Part shown: positions 17,118 through 25,940 of the stretch, piece after piece | Layout of the letters: every line of letters begins with the position of its first letter | Position numbering within the stretch: the stretch's first letter is position 1 | Assembly (NCBI GenBank): GCA_964645815.1 | Contig: CAZYCR010000003.1 | Location: 1 to 36,930, forward strand | Source: an uncultured Gammaproteobacteria bacterium | Lineage (GTDB): Bacteria > Patescibacteriota > Patescibacteriia > UBA9934 | DNA length: 36,930 bases | Direction of reading: 5' to 3' | Notes under the pieces: model-generated | Databases searched by the model: none | What the model was told of the DNA's origin: nothing | What the model saw: only the letters and a program-made list of their open reading frames with translations | Translations under genes and position numbers: made by a program

Positions 17118-18818
17118 ATGAAAAATGTCAATACCTACAAAATCAGTGACGTTGCCGAGATGTTCGGAATTCACGAAGACACTCTTCGTAATTGGGAAAA
17201 AGAGGGTCTCATTACCCCTATTCGTATTGGGACGCGTGGAGACCGCCGCTATACCCAAGAACATATAGATCAGATCGTTGAGAAGAAACTGGCGAAGATC
17301 GTCCGTCGGCTTGATGAAGAGCATGAGCTTGAGGAAAAAATGACTCTTGCTCAGCTAAAACAGTTCCTCTGGAAATCGGCCGACATTCTCCGTGGCCGCG
17401 TAGACGGATCGCAATATAAGGAATACATCTTTGCTCTCCTCTTCTATAAGCGGATGAGTGACATTTGGGATGAAGAGTACCGAACTATTCTGGATCAGTT
17501 TCATGATGAGGCGATCGCGAAGGCGGATTACAATCACCGCTTCAATGTGCCGGAAGATTGTCGTTGGGGTGTCATCGCCGACCAGTCTGAAAATATAGGC
17601 GCGAAACTCAATGAAATTTTCGATAAACTCACAAATGCAAATAGTCCGAAGCTGGACAAGATTTTCAACAAACTCGACTTCGCGGACAAGGATCGTTTTC
17701 CGAACGAAACTATGCAACGTTTGGTGAATCACTTCTCCAAGCATAATTTTGCAAATCAATATATCAGCTCGGATGTTCTTGGTGATGCGTATGAATATCT
17801 GATTGAGCAATTCGCAGCGGGTGCGGGAAAAAAAGGCGGTGAATTTTATACTCCACGCGAAATTGAGCGTGTTATCATGCATATTCTTGATCCTCACGAA
17901 AAGGATCATATTTACGACCCGACTGTTGGTTCCGGTGGATTTTTGCTTGAGGCGTACCATTATGTGCGCGATAAGTATGATGAATCAAAAGCACGTTCGC
18001 TCTACCTCTACGGACAGGAGTTCAACATGAGCACGTTTACAATTGCGCGTATTAACATGTTCCTTCACGGTCTCGACAGTGCAGATATTCGTATGGGCGA
18101 TACGCTTGCGGATCCAAAATTCCTCACGACAGAAAACCAATTGCAAACGTTCGATATCTGCGTTAGCAATTTCCCCTATTCTGTGAAGGAATGGGCGCAA
18201 GATACATTTGCCGCAAATAGGTTTGGTCGACTGGATGGTTACGAGATGCCGCCAGAGAAAAATGGCGATTATGCATTTATTCTGCATATCATTAAGTCGC
18301 TAAACGAAAATGGAAAAGCTGGGGTCGTCGTACCACACGGAGTCTTGTTTAAAGGTGACGCGCCTGGGCGGATTCGAAAACAGATTCTAACGAACGATCT
18401 CATAGAAGCTGTGATCGCGCTGCCTTCTAAGCTTTTTTACGGAGTGGGCATTCCTGTTGCCGTGCTCATCCTTAATAAAAACAAACCGGAAGTTCGCAAG
18501 AATAAGGTGATGATTATTGACGCGGAAAAGGATTATCAAGAAGGTAAAAAGCAAAACCGTCTCCGCATCAAAGATATCGAAAAAATCAGCACGGCGTTTC
18601 ATGACTTCAAAGACATTGAACGCTATGCTCGCGTCGTAGATTTGAAGGAAATTGCTGAGAACGATTACAACTTGAACATCCGCCGCTATGTCGACACGAG
18701 CGAACAAGAAGAAACAATTGATGTGAGTGCTGAGTGGAAAAAATTGCAAAAGATTGAAAAGGAGGCAAAAGAAATCGATGAGAAAGTTGAGAATTTTTTG
18801 AAGGGTCTGAAGTATTAA
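17118..18818 (+). CDS. hsdM: type I restriction-modification methyltransferase subunit HsdM with N-terminal MerR-type HTH extension
   Basis: The HsdM N-terminal block LWKSADILRG starts just after Met75. AdoMet motif DPTVGSGGFL. Catalytic motif NFPY (an NPPF/Y variant). The first ~70 aa, YKISDVAEMFGIHEDTLRNWEKEGLITPIR..GDRRYT, form a MerR-like HTH. Confidence 0.9.
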   Translation: MKNVNTYKISDVAEMFGIHEDTLRNWEKEGLITPIRIGTRGDRRYTQEHIDQIVEKKLAKIVRRLDEEHELEEKMTLAQLKQFLWKSADILRGRVDGSQYKEYIFALLFYKRMSDIWDEEYRTILDQFHDEAIAKADYNHRFNVPEDCRWGVIADQSENIGAKLNEIFDKLTNANSPKLDKIFNKLDFADKDRFPNETMQRLVNHFSKHNFANQYISSDVLGDAYEYLIEQFAAGAGKKGGEFYTPREIERVIMHILDPHEKDHIYDPTVGSGGFLLEAYHYVRDKYDESKARSLYLYGQEFNMSTFTIARINMFLHGLDSADIRMGDTLADPKFLTTENQLQTFDICVSNFPYSVKEWAQDTFAANRFGRLDGYEMPPEKNGDYAFILHIIKSLNENGKAGVVVPHGVLFKGDAPGRIRKQILTNDLIEAVIALPSKLFYGVGIPVAVLILNKNKPEVRKNKVMIIDAEKDYQEGKKQNRLRIKDIEKISTAFHDFKDIERYARVVDLKEIAENDYNLNIRRYVDTSEQEETIDVSAEWKKLQKIEKEAKEIDEKVENFLKGLKY

Positions 18819-18822
18819 ATTT

Positions 18823-19536
18823 ATGAAAGACAAATTAATCAAAGCATCAAAAGTACTAGCCAAGGTTGTCTTTGTTTCGGTAGGAGTAATTATGTTCTAC
18901 TCTGGAGTTTCTTTTTTAATCAAAACACTAAATTTAACTATTTCGACTCTTATCCTGGAATACATACAAACGCTAGTATGGCCTAGTGTTATTTTCGTTT
19001 TAATATTTACATTCAAAACCAATTTTTCCGGACTACTTGATAGGCTGGCGGAGTTTTCTCTGCCCGGTGGAGTTACTGGGAAAATAAACCCGCAGGCACA
19101 ACAGCAAGATACAAAACCCGAGGACTCTATAGATAAAAGCGCAGATTTTACTCAACTATTGACTGAAAAAGAAGAACAACTCGCTGAATTTGTAACTTCA
19201 AATGTGGGTCTTGAACAAAAAATAAGTACACTAGAAATTGAGTTAGACTTCGAGAGAATTTATAACATAATTTTTGCTAGCCAAATTGATCTATTGTTAA
19301 AGATGAATAATTTCGACAGTGTAGAGTTTTCTTATGTGGATGACCACTTCAACAAAGCACAACAATCCGCAATGAGTATGTTGAACGGTTGGAATACGAA
19401 ACAATACATTAACTTTCTCATTAATAATGGTCTTATTGAATATCCTGTTGGAACCAATCTTTTAAAGATTGCACTTAAGGGCAAGGTCTTTCTGAGTTAT
19501 CTTTCAGTTCGTAACTATAAAAAGTACGGAATATAA
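18823..19536 (+). CDS. two-TM membrane protein with coiled-coil linker and C-terminal globular domain, unknown function, embedded between hsdM and hsdS
   Basis: 237-aa ORF starting 4 nt after the hsdM stop. Hydrophobic helices lie at about aa 12-35 and 40-65. A Gln/Glu-rich segment follows, then a ~100-aa C-terminal domain. AT-richer than hsdM. Confidence 0.7.
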   Translation: MKDKLIKASKVLAKVVFVSVGVIMFYSGVSFLIKTLNLTISTLILEYIQTLVWPSVIFVLIFTFKTNFSGLLDRLAEFSLPGGVTGKINPQAQQQDTKPEDSIDKSADFTQLLTEKEEQLAEFVTSNVGLEQKISTLEIELDFERIYNIIFASQIDLLLKMNNFDSVEFSYVDDHFNKAQQSAMSMLNGWNTKQYINFLINNGLIEYPVGTNLLKIALKGKVFLSYLSVRNYKKYGI

Positions 19537-19539
19537 GTT

Positions 19540-20688
19540 ATGAGCGTAAAAACAGTACAACAAAATATTCCGAGTGGATGGAACGTCAAACTCCTGGGCA
19601 AAGTGATTGTTGAAAAAGATAAATCTATACTGAAAGTCGGTGATGCGGACAATAGCAGTGTCTATCCATTCTTTACTAGTGGTGAAAAAGTTTTAAGTCA
19701 TAGTAAGGCTCTGGTGTCTGGTCGAAATATTTATGTGGCCACAGGCGGTGTAGCCAATATTAAATTTTTTGATGGTGAAGCAAGTTATTCAACAGATACC
19801 TATTGTTTTACTTCAAAAGAAGATACAGAATTTATTTACTATGCCCTCCTCAATAATTTAAGAGATATAAACAAACATTTGTTTTCTGGTAGCGGCTTAA
19901 GGCACTTACAAAAAAAGGACTTCAAAAAGAAGGAAATACTTCTCCCGCCAATTACAGAGCAACAAAAGATCGCAGAGATTCTGAGCTCAGTTGATGACGA
20001 CATTCGTGCGACACAAGATGTTATCGATCAAAATGAGCAAATCAAAAAAGGTTTGATGCAGGATTTGTTTACAAAAGGAATTGGTCATACGAAGTTTAAG
20101 GACAGCGAGCTTGGAAAGATTCCAGAAGAGTGGCAGATGGTTCATCTTGAAGATGTGGCCCATTTTACTAATGGAAAAGGTCACGAAAAACATATTTCAA
20201 AGGGTGGGAAATATATCGTTGTCAACTCAAAATTCATCTCATCTAATGGAAATGTGATTAAATGTTCAGATAAGGCATTTTTACCACTTTCCAAAGAAGA
20301 GGTTGTTATGGTGATGAGCGATGTTCCGAATGGTCAGGCTTTGGCAAAATGCTTCTTTATCGATGAAGACGATACTTACACTTTAAATCAACGAATCTGT
20401 TCATTCCGTTTTAAAACTGGCCTACCACGTTTTTATTATCATTTACTTAATAGAAATGCTTACTTTTTGAAGTTTAATAATGGAACCGGGCAGACTAACT
20501 TGCGGAAACAGCAAGTGCTAGATTGCCCGATTGCGCTTCCCCCAGAAGGCGAACAAAGAGAAATTGTTGATTTTCTTGATGCATTGGAACACAAATTGGT
20601 GTCGTGGCAAGAAAAGAAGATCGTACTAGAAAATCTTAAGGATGGCCTAATGCAAGATTTATTGTCGGGTGAGGTGAGAGTTGAGTAA
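19540..20688 (+). CDS. hsdS: type I restriction-modification specificity subunit HsdS
   Basis: Two target-recognition domains, each followed by a conserved helical spacer: LPPITEQQKIAEILSSVDDDI and LPPEGEQREIVDFLDALEHKL. Confidence 0.88.
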   Translation: MSVKTVQQNIPSGWNVKLLGKVIVEKDKSILKVGDADNSSVYPFFTSGEKVLSHSKALVSGRNIYVATGGVANIKFFDGEASYSTDTYCFTSKEDTEFIYYALLNNLRDINKHLFSGSGLRHLQKKDFKKKEILLPPITEQQKIAEILSSVDDDIRATQDVIDQNEQIKKGLMQDLFTKGIGHTKFKDSELGKIPEEWQMVHLEDVAHFTNGKGHEKHISKGGKYIVVNSKFISSNGNVIKCSDKAFLPLSKEEVVMVMSDVPNGQALAKCFFIDEDDTYTLNQRICSFRFKTGLPRFYYHLLNRNAYFLKFNNGTGQTNLRKQQVLDCPIALPPEGEQREIVDFLDALEHKLVSWQEKKIVLENLKDGLMQDLLSGEVRVE

Positions 20689-20692
20689 GTAT

Positions 20693-21691
20693 ATGGCCAG
20701 AGGCACATACCAGAGAACTAAGTTAGCCAATCGATCGACTCATGCTTTTATTTCTTCGCTTAATGCCTTCAATAATGCAAGTGATGAATACCGAGTTGAA
20801 GCCGCTTTGTTCTTGATGGTCAATGCCGTCGAACTGCTTTCAAAAGCCCTTGTATTAAAACATGGAGGAAAAATTTACGAGAAAGGTACAAAGGAGAGAA
20901 CGATATCTGCAGAAGCGAGTATTTGGCTATTGTTTAATCAGTATCACAAGATTGATGAGCTTGAACATGGAGCTTTGCAACAACTAATCTCATTGAGAAA
21001 CGAGGCATCACACAATATTTTACCGAGTGTCAAGAATGATGTGCTGCACTATTTAATGTTCTCTGCGTTTAAAGTCTACCGTCGACTTATCAATGACAAT
21101 TTTCGTTCTCACAACAGAATTTTTAAAAAAAGCTTCTTGTCTATTTCAACAGATGAAAACACTACTTACGCCGATAGTGTTGAGGGGTTGTTGAGATCAA
21201 GTAAAAAGTCCGAATCCCAAAGACGGCTTCTCTACTTACTGGAAAGAGGTGTGTCGTATAAAGGAGACACATACATTACACAGGATGCTTTTGAGAAAAA
21301 TTTTAGAAAACAAAAGAACAAAAGGTTGATTAACAGAAGTAAATTAGGCAAATTTTTATCCGAGGCAGATCTTCTGAAGGTTGTATTTATTCAGGCACCT
21401 AAAAATCACACCATCAACATTGATATTGCTAAGGGAATAGGTTCTCAGAAAGAAGCCCTTACCGTCTTTACCAGGCGTACTGATATCAATAAAGATTACC
21501 CGTATATCCTGACGACGTTAGCTGAAAAGTTGGGAAAAGGAAGAAATGTAACCTTACAAGCAATTAAGCAGTTGAGCGTCAAAGGTGACAAGGAGCTACA
21601 TCAGGAAGTAAAAACTGGTAAACAAAGTTCCACACATAAATATTCTGATGCCGCCTTCCAGAAATTGAAAAATCATTTCGACAATCTATGA
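20693..21691 (+). CDS. HEPN-motif protein (putative RNase) embedded between hsdS and hsdR
   Basis: Rx4H motif in LISLRNEASHN after an all-helical N-terminal half. The ATG at 20693 is 4 nt after the hsdS stop; the TTG at 20681 is an alternative start. The stop overlaps the hsdR start (ATGA). Confidence 0.7.
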   Translation: MARGTYQRTKLANRSTHAFISSLNAFNNASDEYRVEAALFLMVNAVELLSKALVLKHGGKIYEKGTKERTISAEASIWLLFNQYHKIDELEHGALQQLISLRNEASHNILPSVKNDVLHYLMFSAFKVYRRLINDNFRSHNRIFKKSFLSISTDENTTYADSVEGLLRSSKKSESQRRLLYLLERGVSYKGDTYITQDAFEKNFRKQKNKRLINRSKLGKFLSEADLLKVVFIQAPKNHTINIDIAKGIGSQKEALTVFTRRTDINKDYPYILTTLAEKLGKGRNVTLQAIKQLSVKGDKELHQEVKTGKQSSTHKYSDAAFQKLKNHFDNL

Positions 21692-24606
21692 AATTCAACG
21701 AACAAGTAACAATTGAAAACCACATCATCAAATTCCTAAAAAAGGAACTTGGGTTTGAGTTTGTGAAACCGGAGGAGATGAAAGGGTTGCGCGAGTACGA
21801 GACGGAATATCTTGTGACATCATATCTACGAGACGCGATAGCGAAGATAAATGGCATTTCCGATGAAACGATCCTCGATTCGATCATTCGCGAGATTAAA
21901 AAAGTCGATACGAACCAGGGTTTTTTGGAGTTGATCCGCGGCGGAGTTGATTTAGTTGACGGCAAGACGCAAAAAACGCACACCTATCAAGTGATTGACT
22001 TTCAGAATCCGGAAAACAATCATTTTGTTGTTACTAACCAGTTTTATTTTGAAGGAGATACAGAAAACATTCGTCCGGATGTTTTGGTATTTGTAAATGG
22101 TATTCCGGTTGTGGATATTGAAGCAAAGTCGGCGACGGCTGCGCTCTCTGTCGATTACACAAAAGGCATCGGTCAGATTAAGCGTTATGAACGTGTTGCA
22201 AAAAGGCTGTTTATTCCAAACTGTTTTAACATCGCAACCGATGGCGTTCAGACAGTTTATGGAGCAACATTTGCACCGGAGCAATATTTCTTAACTTGGA
22301 AGGATGAAGAACTCGATAAAAAGTATGGCGAAGGAGCGGTAGAAGTTTCACTGGAGAATCTGCTTAGACCAGAAAATCTATTGGACATCATTGCGAACTT
22401 TATTGTTTTTGAACAAACAAAAAATGGTCTGGTTAAAAAGGTTGCTTATTATCAACAAAAACGAGCCACGAATAAAATTGTTGAACGAGTTGTAAAACGA
22501 GATGGAAAACGCGGACTTATATGGCACACACAAGGATCCGGAAAGACGCTGACCATGTTTTTCACGGCATGGAAACTTCGTTTTCATCAAGAATTGGCTA
22601 GTCCAAAAGTGTTTATTTTGGTTGATCGTATTGATTTGGACGATCAGGTGTATGACGAGTTCACCAATCATGGTGGGAAAAACATTATTCGAGTTACTTC
22701 CCGCAAACATCTTGAAGAAGTAATCGGCTCGGATGAGCGTGGAATTTTTATTTCAACAATTCAAAAATTCTCCGAGTTGGGGGCTGGTATTAAAAACCTC
22801 AAAGAGAATATTATCGTTCTTTCTGACGAAGCTCATCGTGGAGATGAAGGTGTTGCAGGGATTAACTTGCGCGACTCTCTCGGCAATGCTTTCCTTTTTG
22901 GCTTTACCGGAACACCGATTGATAAGACGACTCTAAATACACACAGAAATTATGGTGAGGCTGGTGAGCGGTATTTGGACTATTATTCGATCGAACAAGC
23001 TATTAAGGACGGAACCACATTGCCCGTCACCTACGAAGCACGTCTTTCAAAGTTTTTCATTGATGAAGAGCGTGCTGACGAACAGTTCGATGAGTTGACA
23101 ACCGAATTGGACGACAAGCAAAAAGAAGAATTACTGAAACGGCACACGCGAAAATCTCAGCTTACAAACTTGGATGCGCGGGTTGATGCGATTGTTCATG
23201 ATATTGTTGAGCACTTTAAAGCCTATATAGAACCGAATGGATTCAAGGCGCAGGTTGTTTGTAACGGAAAGGAAGCGGTAGTGATGTACAAAAAACATTT
23301 CGATAAGTTACTCGGAAGCGAGGCGACGGCTGTTGTGTTTTCTTCCGGGGACCCTAACAGCACGCCAGAAGAACAGAAAAAGTACGAAACAGCAAAGAAG
23401 GAACGCGATGAAATTATTCGCAACTTTAAGAACCCAGCACATCCTTTGAAGTTTATTATCGTAACAGACATGCTTTTGACGGGCTTCGATGCCCCGATTG
23501 AGCAGGTTATGTATTTGGATAAGCCTCTGCGCGACCATACATTACTCCAGGCCATTGCTCGCACGAACCGAGTTTATCCCAATAAGGTAGCTGGAAAGAT
23601 TATCGACTACTATGGAATCACAAAGAATCTTTATGATGCGCTTGATTTTAGCGAAGATATCGTTGATTCGGCGATGGTAGATATCGATGTCATGAAGGAA
23701 CGATTTGTTGAAGTTTTGCACCAGAACATGGATTTATTCGGTAAAGTGAATATCGAAGATCCTTCCATGGAAAATCTGCGTCACAATATCAAGATTTTTA
23801 TTGACAACGAAGATAAGCAGCAATTCTTTAAGAAAAAGTACAACCAACTGAAATCGCTCTACGAATTTCTTGCTCCGGATCCATTCTTGAAAGAATATAT
23901 TCGTCACTTTGAATGGCTCACAAGCTTTTACATTGCATTTCAAAAGGAATTTTTCTCTACTCCAGATGCACACTTGCTTGCGGGTTACGGCGAGAAAGTT
24001 AAAGAGATTATCCAAGACAATGTTGATTATGCGGGGATTACAAAGACATTCCGTGAGCTTAGGATTGATGATGTGGCGGCTATGAATAAGCTGGACGAAA
24101 TGGACGATGAAGAAAAGGCTCTAAATCTTGAAAAAATGTTAAAGCAAGAAATTTCTGAGCACATCGACCTTAACCCTGCCTTCCAGACCTTTAGCGAGCG
24201 TCTTCAAAAAATCCGGGAGGATTTTGAACAGAAACAAATGGACTTAGCGGAGCGCATCAAACACTATCAGGAGTTAATGAAGGATATTCAAGATGCTCGT
24301 AGCATCGCGGAAGAAAAAGGATACACGCTCTCAGAATATGGGCTTTACATGGTCAGTAAGGAATATTTGCCAGATGTTAGTGAGGAATTAATGCATGAGT
24401 TCATTAAAGAAATGGCGCAAAAAATTAAGGACGTTCTTGATAAAGGTTGGAAGGAGTCATCGAAGTACGATTTCTTTATCAAGGAAATCAAGCGAACGTT
24501 CCAGGAGCTTATTCTGAAGGATTACCGCGGTAAAATTACTATCGACATTGGAGAATTCCACGGCTATGTGAACCGACTTGTCGACATGGTTATTAAATAC
24601 TTCTAG
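21688..24606 (+). CDS. hsdR: type I restriction enzyme endonuclease/translocase subunit HsdR
   Basis: N-terminal PD-(D/E)XK block DVLVFVNGIPVVDIEAK. SF2 helicase motifs HTQGSGKTLTM, LSDEAHRG, FGFTGTP, QAIARTNR. Long helical C-terminus. Confidence 0.92.
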   Translation: MKFNEQVTIENHIIKFLKKELGFEFVKPEEMKGLREYETEYLVTSYLRDAIAKINGISDETILDSIIREIKKVDTNQGFLELIRGGVDLVDGKTQKTHTYQVIDFQNPENNHFVVTNQFYFEGDTENIRPDVLVFVNGIPVVDIEAKSATAALSVDYTKGIGQIKRYERVAKRLFIPNCFNIATDGVQTVYGATFAPEQYFLTWKDEELDKKYGEGAVEVSLENLLRPENLLDIIANFIVFEQTKNGLVKKVAYYQQKRATNKIVERVVKRDGKRGLIWHTQGSGKTLTMFFTAWKLRFHQELASPKVFILVDRIDLDDQVYDEFTNHGGKNIIRVTSRKHLEEVIGSDERGIFISTIQKFSELGAGIKNLKENIIVLSDEAHRGDEGVAGINLRDSLGNAFLFGFTGTPIDKTTLNTHRNYGEAGERYLDYYSIEQAIKDGTTLPVTYEARLSKFFIDEERADEQFDELTTELDDKQKEELLKRHTRKSQLTNLDARVDAIVHDIVEHFKAYIEPNGFKAQVVCNGKEAVVMYKKHFDKLLGSEATAVVFSSGDPNSTPEEQKKYETAKKERDEIIRNFKNPAHPLKFIIVTDMLLTGFDAPIEQVMYLDKPLRDHTLLQAIARTNRVYPNKVAGKIIDYYGITKNLYDALDFSEDIVDSAMVDIDVMKERFVEVLHQNMDLFGKVNIEDPSMENLRHNIKIFIDNEDKQQFFKKKYNQLKSLYEFLAPDPFLKEYIRHFEWLTSFYIAFQKEFFSTPDAHLLAGYGEKVKEIIQDNVDYAGITKTFRELRIDDVAAMNKLDEMDDEEKALNLEKMLKQEISEHIDLNPAFQTFSERLQKIREDFEQKQMDLAERIKHYQELMKDIQDARSIAEEKGYTLSEYGLYMVSKEYLPDVSEELMHEFIKEMAQKIKDVLDKGWKESSKYDFFIKEIKRTFQELILKDYRGKITIDIGEFHGYVNRLVDMVIKYF

Positions 24607-24609
24607 CCT

Positions 24610-25170
24610 ATGAAAAAGGAGGTGCAAATTGAAAATAGTACGCTCCAATACTCGATAAAAAAGAGTAAGAGGGCGAAGCGAATGAGAATCGCAGTTTATT
24701 GCGATTGTTCGATTGTTGTTACATCTCCTCAATCGATTTCAGAAACCCAAATTCAAAAATTTATTCGACTGAAATCGGATTGGATTGCAAAGAAGATTGC
24801 ATTCTTCTCCTCTTTGCAGATACACCCTGATATCGCTATTCAGTCAGAACAACATTACTTACAACATAAAGAGAAGGCGTTGAAGACAATCTCTCAGAGA
24901 GTTCAGAAGCTGAGTGAAAAGTATCAATTTGAACCTAATCAAATTCGAGTAAAAATGTTAAAAACTAAATGGGGTAGCTGTTCTGGGAAGAAGAATCTCA
25001 ATTTCAATTACAAGTTGATTTTTCTTAATCAAGATTTGCAAGATTACGTTATCATCCATGAACTATGTCATTTAAAAGAGTTGAATCATACAAAGAAATT
25101 TTGGGCACACGTTGCTTCATTTATACCTGAATATAAGAAGATAAAAAATAGACTACAAATTTTTAACTAA
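24610..25170 (+). CDS. DUF45/COG1451 (YgjP-like) zinc-dependent hydrolase
   Basis: TKWGSCS and HELCHLKELNH (HExxH plus a downstream His). Starts 3 nt after the hsdR stop. Confidence 0.8.
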   Translation: MKKEVQIENSTLQYSIKKSKRAKRMRIAVYCDCSIVVTSPQSISETQIQKFIRLKSDWIAKKIAFFSSLQIHPDIAIQSEQHYLQHKEKALKTISQRVQKLSEKYQFEPNQIRVKMLKTKWGSCSGKKNLNFNYKLIFLNQDLQDYVIIHELCHLKELNHTKKFWAHVASFIPEYKKIKNRLQIFN

Positions 25171-25171
25171 T

Positions 25172-25918
25172 ATGCCTTTTTATAATCCACACCGAGGAGC
25201 ATCCTTCAACTACGGCGGGAAGCAATGGAAACTTAGCCGGGGGAAGATTGATCTCTTTCTCCGCTGCCCGCGGTGTTTTTATTTGGACAACAAACTCGGC
25301 ACCAAACGACCTACGTGCCCACCGTATAATATTAATACCGCCGTAGACTCGCTCCTCAAACAAGAATTTGATGGCTATCGGGCCCGGGGGATGAAACACC
25401 CTTTGCAGAAAAAATATAAAATCGACGCCATCCCGGCTAAGCATGAGCAAATCGATGATTGGCGCGAGAATTTTAAGGGTGTTCAGTATTTACACCAGCC
25501 AACCGGATTATTGGTTACCGGCGCTATTGATGATTTGTGGCAGAGTAAAAAAGGTGAGTATATTGTGGTCGATTATAAGGCCACGGCCAAGTCTGATCCT
25601 GTAACTGAGCTGAATGATGATTGGCACGAAGGTTACAAACGTCAAATGGAAATTTATCAATGGTTATTGCGTCAAAATGGTCTTAAGGTTTCCAACACCG
25701 GTTATTTTGTTTATTGCACCGGTCGGCCGGACGAAAAAGCTTTTGACGGTAAAGTGGAATTTGACGTGCATTTGATTGCTTACACCGGTGACGACTCATG
25801 GGTCGAAAAGACTCTAGCTCAGATTAAAAAGACCCTGAGTAGCAAAAAAATACCTAAAGCTGCCGCAGATTGTGAGTATTGTCAGTATCGAGCCGCAGCC
25901 GCTCGGCACGAAAAATAA
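25172..25918 (+). CDS. Cas4/RecB-like PD-(D/E)XK nuclease with four terminal cysteines
   Basis: CPRCFY near the N-terminus, GAIDDLW, VVDYKA, QMEIYQ, and C-terminal CEYCQY. Starts 1 nt after the DUF45 stop. Confidence 0.7.
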   Translation: MPFYNPHRGASFNYGGKQWKLSRGKIDLFLRCPRCFYLDNKLGTKRPTCPPYNINTAVDSLLKQEFDGYRARGMKHPLQKKYKIDAIPAKHEQIDDWRENFKGVQYLHQPTGLLVTGAIDDLWQSKKGEYIVVDYKATAKSDPVTELNDDWHEGYKRQMEIYQWLLRQNGLKVSNTGYFVYCTGRPDEKAFDGKVEFDVHLIAYTGDDSWVEKTLAQIKKTLSSKKIPKAAADCEYCQYRAAAARHEK

Positions 25919-25940
25919 AGTGTGCTATTCTAAAAACCAT

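Noticed and set aside
17355-18863. Long antisense ORFs inside hsdM (17355..17960, 17985..18287, 18387..18863). Similar ones lie inside hsdR, topA and the giant ORF, for example 36018..36458.
   Set aside because: They lie opposite genes with strong motif support, have low-complexity or odd composition, and have no SD or promoter. They are shadow ORFs.
15299-25918. Whether the orphan cassettes plus the R-M operon form a defined mobile element or genomic island.
   Set aside because: There is no integrase, transposase, tRNA target or flanking direct repeat that I could see. The core gene rpsU sits in the middle. The accessory character is likely, but a mobile element cannot be called.
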